Positions 41,176-49,076 of a stretch of DNA of 64,000 nt are shown here, one piece after another. Each line of letters starts with the position of its first letter. Within the stretch, counting starts at the first letter, position 1. Where the stretch lies: positions 82,841 through 146,840 of the forward strand of contig JAXGXY010000002.1 in the NCBI GenBank assembly GCA_040772545.1. The letters run 5' to 3'. Under the pieces are notes generated by a model that did no database searches, was not told the DNA's origin, and saw nothing but the letters and a program-made list of their open reading frames with translations. The translations under genes were made by a program, and so were the position numbers. The DNA is from Christensenellales bacterium (GTDB taxonomy: Bacteria > Bacillota > Clostridia > Christensenellales > UBA1431).

Positions 41176-42776
41176 TTCTTCGGTGCCGCGTTATTGTCGG
41201 TGAGGATGCGGTCCGGGAGCCTGGGGTACAGCACGAGTTCGAACGCGCCCTTAAATACGCGCGCCCGCCCGTTGCCGCCGCGCACGGCCTTATAATAGTC
41301 TATCCGTTCGACGAGGCTCCTGAGCAGGCTGTTTTTCGACATGACGGAGGGCGCGAGCGCATACGCGGCGGCGATGTCTTCGGCGCGCGCGCGCCGGTCC
41401 CGCAGCGCTGTTTCGCGCGCCCGCGCGGCCTGCAGCTGGCGGCGGAGTTCTGTTTCCTGGCGCCGGAGTTCCTCCGTTTGCTCAAGCAGCGCTTCTTTGC
41501 GTTTTTCAAACGTTTCGGCGTCGTATACGCCCTGTTCGAGCAGGTCGTGCGCGGCGGCGCGCTGCGCCTCGAGGCGCGCGAGGCCTTCCCCGATGCGCCT
41601 GAGCGCCTGCGCGGCCGCCGCTTCGACCGGCGCAGGGCCGGTATCGCCTTTAGCTCCGGCGCGTAGCCTGTACCCCCGCAGCCATGTTTTAAGCGAGCGC
41701 AGCACGGCCGATTCGACGAGGCGCAGTTCCGAGCTCACGTTCGCGCAGGCGGCGTCCGGGCAGACGAGCGCGTCCGGCGCGTTTTTGTACGGCTTCCTGC
41801 ACATGCGCCCGCCGCAGACCCCGCAATAAACGAGGCCGGCGAGCGGGTTTTTCAGGGACCCGCCGCGCGTGCCCCGCGGATGCCCGCCGGACAGGTACTC
41901 CTGCGCCCGGTCCCAGGCTTCGCGGCCGATCAGGGGCGGGTGGAGGCCGTCCACCACGATGCAGCCGCCGTTGCGGGGCCGGCTGACCGCCGCGCCGCCG
42001 TCTTTTGCTCTCTTTACCGCCGGGCGGCCCATGTAGCGTATCTTCCCGGCGTAGACGGGGTTTTTGAGGAGCGGCTGGAGCATGGACGGCGTCCAGCGCG
42101 CGGCCCGCCGCGGCCTGATGCCCAGGTCGTTGAGCCTGCGGGCGAGGCGGGCGACGCCCAGCCGCCCTTCGGCCCCGTCGCCCTTTGTATACAGCTCGAA
42201 GATGAGCTTCACGGCCGGGGCGGCGGCCGGGTCCGGGGCGAGCGTGTAGCCTTTCTGGCCGTCGAGCTTCACGCGGACGTAGCCGAACGGCGCGACGCTG
42301 CCGGTGTACTTCCCCTCCAGGGCGGAGGCGCGCCGGCCGCGCTGGAGCCGGCGGTTGATCGCCCTGTACTCGCGGCGGCTCATGAACAGGCCGAACTCGA
42401 AATACTCCTCGTCGAACTCGTCGTCGGGGTCGTAGGTCTTCGCGGGCGTGACGATCTTCGTGTGGGAGAGGGAGAACGCGCGCGCGATGACGCCCTGGTC
42501 GATCGTGTCGCCGCGCGCGAGACGCTCGATCTCCATCACGAGCACGCCGTCCCACAGGCCGCCTTCCACCTCGGAAAGGAGCCGACGCATCACGGGCCGC
42601 GCTGCGATGGTCTCGCCGGAGACGATCTCGCGGTAGGTTTTGGACACGGGCAACCCCATGCGTTCGGCGAGGGAAACGAGCGCGGCCCGGTGGCGCGCGA
42701 GGGTCTCGCCTTCGCCGCGCGCCTCGGCCTCGGCGTCCGCCCTGGATTTTCGAAGGTAGATGCAGTAGTTTGCCAT
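41157..42776 (-). CDS. large serine recombinase, SprA-like
   Basis: ATG 42776. 'YLRKSRADAE..TL..H...L', 'EIVSGETIAARP', 'VLVMEIERLARGD', 'IVTPAKTYDP', 'FEFGLFMSRREY', Zn-ribbon 'CGVCGGRMCRK...CPDAAC', long coiled coil. 539 aa. The stop codon lies beyond the element edge. The 100-codon N-terminal extension in the ORF track covers a repeat and is rejected. Confidence 0.88.
   Translation of the reverse strand: MANYCIYLRKSRADAEAEARGEGETLARHRAALVSLAERMGLPVSKTYREIVSGETIAARPVMRRLLSEVEGGLWDGVLVMEIERLARGDTIDQGVIARAFSLSHTKIVTPAKTYDPDDEFDEEYFEFGLFMSRREYRAINRRLQRGRRASALEGKYTGSVAPFGYVRVKLDGQKGYTLAPDPAAAPAVKLIFELYTKGDGAEGRLGVARLARRLNDLGIRPRRAARWTPSMLQPLLKNPVYAGKIRYMGRPAVKRAKDGGAAVSRPRNGGCIVVDGLHPPLIGREAWDRAQEYLSGGHPRGTRGGSLKNPLAGLVYCGVCGGRMCRKPYKNAPDALVCPDAACANVSSELRLVESAVLRSLKTWLRGYRLRAGAKGDTGPAPVEAAAAQALRRIGEGLARLEAQRAAAHDLLEQGVYDAETFEKRKEALLEQTEELRRQETELRRQLQAARARETALRDRRARAEDIAAAYALAPSVMSKNSLLRSLVERIDYYKAVRGGNGRARVFKGAFELVLYPRLPDRILTDNNAAPKNWPTGR
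41160..41208. other. left recombination junction (attL-type: B arm + core + P' arm)
   Basis: ...CCCAGTGGGCCAA|TTCTTC|GGTGCCGCGTTATTGTCGGTGAGGAT. The core TTCTTCGGTGCC (41176-41187) matches 48148-48159 at 11/12 positions. Confidence 0.7.
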
Positions 42777-42843
42777 CGTTTCACCGCCCGCTAAGCTTTG
42801 TATATTTGTATTTCGCGGGGGCGGCGGATATGGCGGGTACGAT

Positions 42844-42980
42844 GCCGACAAACCTGTGGTTTGTCGGCAATTTTCCGGCAGGTTGAAACGCGCTTTAAGG
42901 CGCGTTTCTTTGCCGATCCTGACGCACATGTCACCAGGATCGGATTGAAGCTCAGGGGGCTTCGGCCCCCCTGAACCCCC
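42844..42980 (+). repeat. family-1 modular four-hairpin element, copy 3 (divergent, with compensatory stem changes)
   Basis: GCCGACAAACCtgtGGTTTGTCGGC; GAAACGCGCtttaaGGCGCGTTTC; CGATCCTGacgcacatgtcacCAGGATCG; GGATTGAAGC; GGGGGCttcgGCCCCCCTGAACCCCC. Confidence 0.8.
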
Positions 42981-43078
42981 AGGGGAAGTTACCGTTTGCC
43001 ATGTTGCCCGGGGTGAAAGGCTGACGATTACCGGTCGGACACATTTGAATAAACCTTCCGTTGCATAAAAACGCACAC

Positions 43079-43303
43079 CTACAAATAGCGTTTCAATACT
43101 TCAACAAGGTCATCTTTATAATTTTCCAACTCATAAATATTGCTGATCGATATCTTTGTATCTTTTTTGTTCTCGTCGGGAATTATGAGGATTCGTTGTT
43201 TTTCTTTAATCATAAGCCGGCATATCCATTTCCGGACATTGTTCTTGTAATTTATAGCGATATAGGACGCGGTGTCCTTGTAGCCGATGTCATCCATGGG
43301 CAC
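43079..43303 (-). CDS. hypothetical protein, probably a gene fragment (AT-rich patch)
   Basis: 74-aa ORF 'MPMDDIGYKDTASYIAINYKNNVRKWICRLMIKEKQRILIIPDE...'. No convincing RBS seen, and composition differs from its surroundings. Confidence 0.3.
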   Translation of the reverse strand: MPMDDIGYKDTASYIAINYKNNVRKWICRLMIKEKQRILIIPDENKKDTKISISNIYELENYKDDLVEVLKRYL

Positions 43304-43603
43304 GAGTTCACGAAGAAGGTTTTTGATGATAAAATACTACTTCACAACACAAAAAAACGATTGCCAGATATTTCATGTGCGCATGGCATGGCGGAGGATA
43401 TATAATTTAACGGTACGAATAAGAAGGCTCGCGCGGCCTCAGACGGAAGGAGCGCGGGCCTGACCGCGGCATGATCGGCTGCAGCGATCGAACCGACGAC
43501 AAATACGGGCCATGCGTAGTGTTTAAACGCAGGTTGAGGATTGCATTAACGTTTTAACATATGGTATCCTGAATTAATATATTAACTCATAAGAGGGGAT
43601 TTT

Positions 43604-44425
43604 ATGAAAAAATCGATGGTGGTGGTCATTGCAGTGCTGATGCTGGCGCTTCTGCTGGCGGGCTGCAAACAGACTGAGGGCACGGACGAGGGGCAACAGA
43701 CGCCCGAGAAAGTGACGATCGGCGGAGTGGAAGACCTTGAAGGCAGGAAGATCGCGGTGCAGGAAGGCACCACGGGCGACATCCTTGCGACCGATATCAA
43801 GGACGCGAAGATCTCGCGGTTCAAAAAGGCGGTCGACGCGGGCATCGAACTGAAGAACGGCAAAGCGGACGCGGTGATCCTCGACGAACAGCCTGCGAAG
43901 AAGATCGTCGAGAACAACCCCGAACTGATGATCCTCAAGGAGAACTTCGTCAAGGAGGACTACGCGATCGGCGTACGCAAGGGCGAGACGGAGCTGTTAG
44001 ACAGCATCAATAAGACCCTCGAGCGCATCAAGGAGGACGGCACCTTCCAGACCTTCCTCGACGCCTACATCCCCGAGACCGGCGAGAGGAAGGCGCTCCC
44101 CGAAAGGACGGCCACGAACTATGACGAAACGATCGTGATGGGGACGAACGCCGAATTCGAGCCTTTCGAGTACATCGAAGGCGACCAGATCGTCGGTTTC
44201 GACGTCGAGGTCGCAAAAGAGATCGCCGCGGACCTGAAGCAGAACCTCAAGATCGAGAACATGAACTTCGACAGCCTCATCAACGCGCTGGTCTCCGGGA
44301 AGATCGACATGATCATCGCCGGAATGACGGTAACGGAAGAGCGCAAGCAGAGCATCGATTTCTCCGAACCGTACTATACGTCAACGCAGGTCATCATCAT
44401 CAGGAAGGAAAGCCTGAAGCAATAG
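43604..44425 (+). CDS. amino-acid ABC transporter substrate-binding lipoprotein
   Basis: Signal peptide plus lipobox 'LALLLAGCK'. 'KIAVQEGTTGD', 'DAVILDEQPA', 'GTNAEFEPFEY', 'DMIIAGMTVTEERKQSIDFSEPYY' are family-3 SBP motifs. Confidence 0.85.
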   Translation: MKKSMVVVIAVLMLALLLAGCKQTEGTDEGQQTPEKVTIGGVEDLEGRKIAVQEGTTGDILATDIKDAKISRFKKAVDAGIELKNGKADAVILDEQPAKKIVENNPELMILKENFVKEDYAIGVRKGETELLDSINKTLERIKEDGTFQTFLDAYIPETGERKALPERTATNYDETIVMGTNAEFEPFEYIEGDQIVGFDVEVAKEIAADLKQNLKIENMNFDSLINALVSGKIDMIIAGMTVTEERKQSIDFSEPYYTSTQVIIIRKESLKQ

Positions 44426-44440
44426 CATACGATAGTACCG

Positions 44441-45181
44441 ATGCGGGACAGCGTAAGACTGTCCCGCTTTTTCGGTGCCGGCCAGGGGGGATGCGGCTTG
44501 TTCGACGAAATATACAGGAACATCATCTACCAGGACAGGTGGCTGTACCTGCTCAAGGGGCTGTGGGTCACCGTCGAGGTCACGTTGTTCGCGATCCTTT
44601 TGGGGACCATACTCGGCATGATCCTGGCACTGATGCGGATATCGAACTTCAAACTCTTTCGAATAAGGATCCTCGAAAAGATTTCGTCCTTCTACATAAC
44701 GATCATCCGGGGGACGCCGCTGATGGTCCAGCTGCTGATCATCTATTTCGTGGTGTTCGCGTCGGTGGACATCGACAAGGTGATCGTCGCGGTCATCGCG
44801 TTCGGCCTCAACAGCGCGGCCTACGTCGCGGAGATCATCCGCGGAGGCATCCTTTCGGTGGACAAGGGGCAGACGGAGGCCGGGCGCTCGCTGGGCCTGA
44901 GCTACACGCAGACGATGCGCCACATCGTCATGCCGCAGGCCATAAAGAACGCGCTGCCCGCGTACACGAGCGAGTTCATCGTCCTCATCAAGGAGACGGC
45001 CATCGTCGGCTACATCGCGCTCGAGGATTTGACCAAGGTGGGGGACACCATACGCAGCAGGACGTTCTCCGCGCTTGTCCCCCTGCTGACCGTCGCGCTC
45101 ATCTATCTGCTTCTGACGGGAGTGCTCGCGAAACTGTTCATGAGGCTGGAGAGGAGACTGAGAAGAAGTGATAACCGTTAA
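44441..45181 (+). CDS. amino-acid ABC transporter permease (His/Glu/Gln/Arg/opine family)
   Basis: '[16 protein letters not shown]', '[35 protein letters not shown]' is the EAA loop. Start uncertain (44441, or a downstream TTG ~44498). Confidence 0.85.
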   Translation: MRDSVRLSRFFGAGQGGCGLFDEIYRNIIYQDRWLYLLKGLWVTVEVTLFAILLGTILGMILALMRISNFKLFRIRILEKISSFYITIIRGTPLMVQLLIIYFVVFASVDIDKVIVAVIAFGLNSAAYVAEIIRGGILSVDKGQTEAGRSLGLSYTQTMRHIVMPQAIKNALPAYTSEFIVLIKETAIVGYIALEDLTKVGDTIRSRTFSALVPLLTVALIYLLLTGVLAKLFMRLERRLRRSDNR

Positions 45182-45896
45182 GCACCTGAGCAAGGCATTC
45201 GACGGCCAGCTCGCGGTCGACGACGTTTCCATGGAAATAAACAAAGGGGACAAGATCGTCATCGTCGGGCCGTCGGGGTCGGGGAAGAGCACGTTCCTGC
45301 GCTGCCTCAACCTGCTCGAGGTCCCGACGGGCGGGGAAATCTTCTTCGAGGGACAGCGTATCACGGACCCCAAAACGGACATCAACGAGGTCCGCGCGAA
45401 GATGGGGATGGTGTTCCAGCAGTTCAACCTGTTCCCGCACCTGACGGTGCTCGGCAACATCACGCTGGCCCCCGTCAGGCTGAAGCGGCAGACGAAACAG
45501 GAGGCCGAGGAAACGGCGAACCGGCTATTGGATCGCGTCGGGCTCACGGATAAGCGCGACGCCTATCCCGCGCAACTCTCCGGCGGGCAGAAGCAGAGGA
45601 TCGCGATCGTGCGGGCACTGGCGATGAACCCGGACGTGATGCTCTTCGACGAGCCGACGTCCGCGCTCGACCCCGAGATGGTAGGCGAGGTGCTCGACGT
45701 GATGCGCGAACTCGCCGAGGAAGGCCTGACGATGGTGGTCGTCACGCACGAGATGGGCTTTGCCAAGCAGGTCGGCACGCGGGTGACGTTCATGGACGAG
45801 GGCAGGATCAAGGAGGAAGCGAGCCCCGAGGAGTTCTTCTCGAACCCGAAGCACCCGAGGCTCAGGGATTTCCTTTCGAAGGTCCTGAACGCGTAA
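45168..45896 (+). CDS. amino-acid ABC transporter ATP-binding protein
   Basis: GTG start. 'GPSGSGKST' (Walker A), '[15 protein letters not shown]' (signature), '[11 protein letters not shown]' (Walker B). Confidence 0.92.
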   Translation: MITVKHLSKAFDGQLAVDDVSMEINKGDKIVIVGPSGSGKSTFLRCLNLLEVPTGGEIFFEGQRITDPKTDINEVRAKMGMVFQQFNLFPHLTVLGNITLAPVRLKRQTKQEAEETANRLLDRVGLTDKRDAYPAQLSGGQKQRIAIVRALAMNPDVMLFDEPTSALDPEMVGEVLDVMRELAEEGLTMVVVTHEMGFAKQVGTRVTFMDEGRIKEEASPEEFFSNPKHPRLRDFLSKVLNA

Positions 45897-45925
45897 ACGC
45901 GGCCGGCGCGAGACGCGACTATGCG

Positions 45926-46186
45926 TTACAGGCCGGTAACATGTTTCGCGCGGTCGTAATCCTTTCGTCTCACGTAGACTTTGTACTCGATTGTCGCGGT
46001 GCCACGCCCGAACCTTCCGAGAGTTGCGCCTGGCGGTGGTACGCCCAGGTCCCTGAACCTGTAGCTGTAGTCGATGCCGTTGGCTTCAAGCGCCTGCCCG
46101 ACCTTGCTGAACCTTTCCATTGAACGGGTAACAATAAGTTCACTTCGGTTAAATATGGTAATCATTGTCCAACGCAAACACCGCAA
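45926..46186 (-). CDS. hypothetical small protein (DUF2007-like?)
   Basis: 86-aa ORF; the likely start is internal ('MITIFNRSELIV...'). The family assignment is from memory only. Confidence 0.35.
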   Translation of the reverse strand: MRCLRWTMITIFNRSELIVTRSMERFSKVGQALEANGIDYSYRFRDLGVPPPGATLGRFGRGTATIEYKVYVRRKDYDRAKHVTGL

Positions 46187-46403
46187 TCAATAGATTGATG
46201 AGAAATCTCGCGGTTTCCTCATCCACCTGAAATGACTGGCTAACCTTTTCCGGCATTTCTCTGTCTTGCTTGCCGTACGTGTCAATCTGTAGATACTTTT
46301 TGTCGTTTCCCTCAAACACAGTATACGTGCTGCTTACTATTTCGTGTATGTTGTTGCGTTGCTTTTCGATTCGAACAAACTTATTCGCATTTATCTGTGC
46401 CAT
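46149..46403 (-). CDS. hypothetical protein / N-terminal gene fragment (AT-rich patch)
   Basis: 84-aa ORF 'MAQINANKFVRIEKQRNNIHEIV...YLQIDTYGKQDREMPEKVSQSFQVDEETARFL'. It ends where composition switches back to GC-rich and overlaps the next ORF by 38 nt. Confidence 0.35.
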   Translation of the reverse strand: MAQINANKFVRIEKQRNNIHEIVSSTYTVFEGNDKKYLQIDTYGKQDREMPEKVSQSFQVDEETARFLINLLIAVFALDNDYHI

Positions 46404-46434
46404 ATCGAATCTCCCAAATAACGGGTTCTCTGTT

Positions 46435-46656
46435 TCATTTCAACCTGTCGATTATCTCGTTGGACCTATCTATTGACTCGTTGGACTCATCTATTAGTCG
46501 TTGCACCTCTTTATACTCTTCACTTTCTTCGTATAGTCTTTTTCCTTCACTTTGGGCGTTCATCCAAAACAGAGTGAGCACTCCAAATACAGCAGCAACG
46601 CACGCCACCACAATAACAGCGATTTTCCATCCTTTCATCCCGAGCCCTCCTTTCAA
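46435..46656 (-). CDS. hypothetical small membrane-anchored protein
   Basis: 73 aa. TM helix 'WKIAVIVVACVAAVFGVLTLFW', then an acidic coiled-coil-like tail. Confidence 0.4.
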   Translation of the reverse strand: MKGGLGMKGWKIAVIVVACVAAVFGVLTLFWMNAQSEGKRLYEESEEYKEVQRLIDESNESIDRSNEIIDRLK

Positions 46657-46865
46657 TGCCAGTTTATACTATGCTAGGAGGGGAGTAAACCGGCGGCTAG
46701 GGCAGGGGCATCCAGTGAGTAATATGCATCATTCATTTTTGGTTCTATTTATACTAATTCCATACGCGATCGTCTATTTCCTTTTTATGTGATGGATTGC
46801 ATTGGTGTAAAATACCGCAAAATGGACGTGCCGCCGGTCATAGACTGTTTCTGGGGCGGTTTCAA

Positions 46866-47060
46866 TTGAAAAAACCGAACATCGTCGAAACATATGTGTA
46901 CGAGGACGGGCCCGTCGCGCATATCGCAGACGACGCATACAGGGAAAAGACGCCGGAGGAACTGCGCGTCGCGTGGAAGACGGCGCAGGCCGCCGCGTTC
47001 GCCTGCCTGGAAGCGGGGCAAAGCGGGCCGCCTGAGCCGGAGCAAAGCGGGGACGCGTGA
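46866..47060 (+). CDS. hypothetical small protein
   Basis: ~64-aa ORF from TTG 46866 ('LKKPNIVETYVYEDGPVAHIADDAYREKTPEELRVAW...'). A strong terminator follows directly. The start is uncertain. Confidence 0.3.
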   Translation: MKKPNIVETYVYEDGPVAHIADDAYREKTPEELRVAWKTAQAAAFACLEAGQSGPPEPEQSGDA

Positions 47061-47074
47061 AGCCGCGCTTTGGT

Positions 47075-47106
47075 GCGCCGGCGGCGCTTTGCCGGCGCTT
47101 TTTTTA
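47075..47106 (+). terminator. intrinsic terminator
   Basis: GCGCCGGCggcgctttGCCGGCGCTTTTTTTATT. Confidence 0.75.
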
Positions 47107-47409
47107 TTGGACAAGCATCGGGGGGCGGATTTTCGTGCGGTTAAGCGTCCGGCGTCCGGCAGTTTTGCGGGATGCCGGGCGCAGGGCGGCAGGCGGACGC
47201 CCGGCAAAGCGAACGCACGGCTGGAAGCAAAAATTTGTAAACAATGGTATTTTTGCCCGGGATAAGATCGCGGCAAATGGATACACTTAACATAACCTTT
47301 TCGGTATGTACCGGCATTCGCGGCGCACGGAGCCGTTTATTGCGGCCATATCCTGAAGGATGAACGAAGAATAAATGCAATAACACGAAATCGAAGGACA
47401 GGAGGCCGA

Positions 47410-48009
47410 ATGAAAAGACCGGGATACAGGCTGCCCGCGATATACTTATCGATCGCGTTCTGCCTGTTAACCATAGGGATGACGGAGCAGGCGGGCGCGC
47501 GGGGACAGGCGGCGGCGGTGTTCAACCACGTGAGCGGAATTTTGGGCAGCGTTATCGAAACGCCGGAGCCGACGGCGACGCCGGCGTCCGTACGGACGCA
47601 AACGCCGAAGACGGCGAAGCCGACGCCCGTACGGACGCAAACGCCCAAGCAGGCGCCCGCGCAGGCATATTCGAAGAAAGACCTCGACCTGCTCGCCAGG
47701 GTCGTATACGCCGAGGCGGGGAGCGACTGGTGCAGCGACGAAATGCAGCTTCTCGTCGCGAACGTCGTGATCAACCGCATGCGCGACCGGCGGTTCCCGG
47801 ACACGCTCCGGGGCGTGGTCTACCAGCGGGGGCAGTACGCCTGCGCATACAAGCTGGGGCGCGTGAAGCCCAACGCGCGCGCGGTGAAAAACGCGAAGCG
47901 TGTGCTGGACGGGGAGCGGTTCTGCCCGGCCAAAGTGGTTTTCCAGAGCGAGTTCAGGCAGGGGAAGGGCCTGTGGAAGAAGGTCGGGAATCAGTACTTT
48001 TGTTATTGA
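47410..48009 (+). CDS. cell wall hydrolase, SleB/CwlJ (Hydrolase_2) family, secreted
   Basis: RBS GGACAGGAGG. Signal-like 'LPAIYLSIAFCLLTIGM'. Pro/Thr linker with a 'VRTQTPK' repeat. 'LLARVVYAEAGSDWCSDEMQLLVANVVINRMRDRRFPDTLRGVVYQRGQYACAY' is the SleB catalytic-domain pattern. Confidence 0.8.
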   Translation: MKRPGYRLPAIYLSIAFCLLTIGMTEQAGARGQAAAVFNHVSGILGSVIETPEPTATPASVRTQTPKTAKPTPVRTQTPKQAPAQAYSKKDLDLLARVVYAEAGSDWCSDEMQLLVANVVINRMRDRRFPDTLRGVVYQRGQYACAYKLGRVKPNARAVKNAKRVLDGERFCPAKVVFQSEFRQGKGLWKKVGNQYFCY

Positions 48010-48034
48010 GGGGAAATGGGGGCAAGTTGAAAGA

Positions 48035-48068
48035 AGCCCCGCGGGCGGTGTCTGCGGGGCTTTCTATT
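48035..48068 (+). terminator. terminator after the SleB-like gene
   Basis: AGCCCCGCgggcggtgtctGCGGGGCTTTCTATT. Confidence 0.65.
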
Positions 48069-48126
48069 GCCGATAAGGCTTATTAGTGATGAATGCTGTA
48101 TAATACCGGTCTTCCCCCTTATTTCC

Positions 48127-48175
48127 CCGACAATAATGCGGTACCGGTTCTTCTGTGCCTATGTCGGTGAGGATC
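48127..48175. other. right recombination junction (attR-type: P arm + core + B' arm)
   Basis: CCGACAATAATGCGGTACCGG|TTCTTC|TGTGCCTATGTCGGTGAGGAT. The P arm is the inverted repeat of 41182-41200. Confidence 0.7.
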
Positions 48176-48342
48176 GACTTGCAGGCGTCGTTGGGCATGG
48201 AATAGCGCTGGTTGAGGTAGCGGATGCCCGCGGCGAGCTCGCTGTCGGGGCCGCCGTACTGGGCGAGGAGCGCCTTGGCCATGCGCAGGTCGGGTTTCCG
48301 GATCCGTACGGGGAACTGAAGCTTTTTCTCATATATCCACAT
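48148..48342 (-). CDS. cotJC: spore coat protein CotJC, 5' segment (codons 1-65) of a split gene
   Basis: RBS AAGGAGG. 'MWIYEKKLQFPVRIRKPDLRMAKALLAQYGGPDSELAAGIRYLNQRYSMPNDACKSILTDIGTEE' is the CotJC/Mn-catalase N-terminus. As integrated, the frame reads 27 unrelated codons into the element and stops at 48064. Confidence 0.88.
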
Positions 48343-48361
48343 GGGGTAACCTCCTTATCAA

Positions 48362-48610
48362 CTACATTTCCCACGGCCAGGGCGACTTCACCCAGGTACG
48401 GCATTCGCCCGCGGGCTGCAGCCCGTTTCCCAGCAGGGGCCCGTATTTGCAGCTGTAATCGTCCATCAACTGACGCAGGCGGCAGGCGCAGATGTCGTAA
48501 TCCTCCATGGCGCGGGCGTCGTCGGGGTGGGTATCCAGGAAGAGCCGGAGTTCGAGACACGCGAACTCGGTCGCTCGTATTTCGTTGAGCATGTGTTGCT
48601 TGTTACGCAT
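48362..48610 (-). CDS. cotJB: spore coat protein CotJB
   Basis: 82 aa. 'ATEFACLELRLFLDTHPDDARAMEDY', 'KYGPL', C-terminal 'SPWPWE' is the CotJB signature. RBS AAGGAGG. Confidence 0.88.
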   Translation of the reverse strand: MRNKQHMLNEIRATEFACLELRLFLDTHPDDARAMEDYDICACRLRQLMDDYSCKYGPLLGNGLQPAGECRTWVKSPWPWEM

Positions 48611-48632
48611 CGTCAGGCAACCTCCTTATTTA

Positions 48633-48936
48633 CTATCGGGAGACCAGGCAGGGGAACAGCGTGCCGTGCAAAAGCGCCTCGCGTGGATTGAACATGCGCC
48701 CGTAAGGCTGGTCGCGCACTGAGGCCTGTGCGAGCGGGAGCGAGGGGCACGGGTCTTCTTCCTGCATGTACAGGCAGGCGCAGGGGTCGGCGTACGCGCC
48801 CCGCCCTTTGCACACTTTCGCTTCGCCGGCGTTAAGCGCCCGTTCGTCCCTGTCGTACAGTGCGGGGCCGCAAATATAAGCACCGTGGCCGCAAACGGAA
48901 CACGCGTAATCATAATCCATATACATAACGTTAAGA
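48633..48936 (-). CDS. cotJA: spore coat-associated protein CotJA
   Basis: C-terminal 101 codons of the 538-aa shadow ORF. ATG 48936 after GGAGG. 'LAQASVRDQPYGRMFNPREALLHGTLFPCL' is the CotJA motif. Has a Cys-rich N-terminal extension. Confidence 0.75.
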
Positions 48937-49076
48937 CCTCCAAAACTCAGATTATGCTGGTTGTATTTTATGAGAGGGAGACTTGATTGGTGCGAGCCCC
49001 CAAATTGATGGTGGCGGTTTGCATGCAACGATGTTACAATGGCTACATAGTGAATAAGGTGGACACACGATAGAAT

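Larger units (their letters stand above)
41176..48147. mobile_element. 6,972-bp intervening element inserted in cotJC (skin/SPbeta-like architecture, non-phage cargo)
   Basis: Bounded by TTCTTC(G/T)GTGCC cores at 41176 and 48148. The termini are imperfect inverted repeats (48127-48147 vs 41182-41200). The recombinase sits at the left edge. Removing the interval joins the cotJC halves in frame. Confidence 0.8.

Noticed and set aside
42777-43076. 100-codon N-terminal extension of the recombinase ORF.
   Set aside because: It translates through the family-1 repeat ('..LQSDPGDMCVRIG..', the same pseudo-peptide seen at other copies). The conserved recombinase N-terminus 'MANYCIYLRKSRAD' starts at 42776.
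43304-43603. Riboswitch or T-box in the ~200-nt leader upstream of the ABC-transporter SBP gene.
   Set aside because: There is a TATATAAT -10-like box and some hairpins, but no S-box, L-box, glycine or T-box signature sequence that I recognise.
41176-48147. Prophage interpretation of the cotJC element.
   Set aside because: No terminase, portal, capsid, tail, holin or replication genes are present. At 7 kb with transporter and hydrolase cargo, it fits a skin-like degenerate or non-phage intervening element better.
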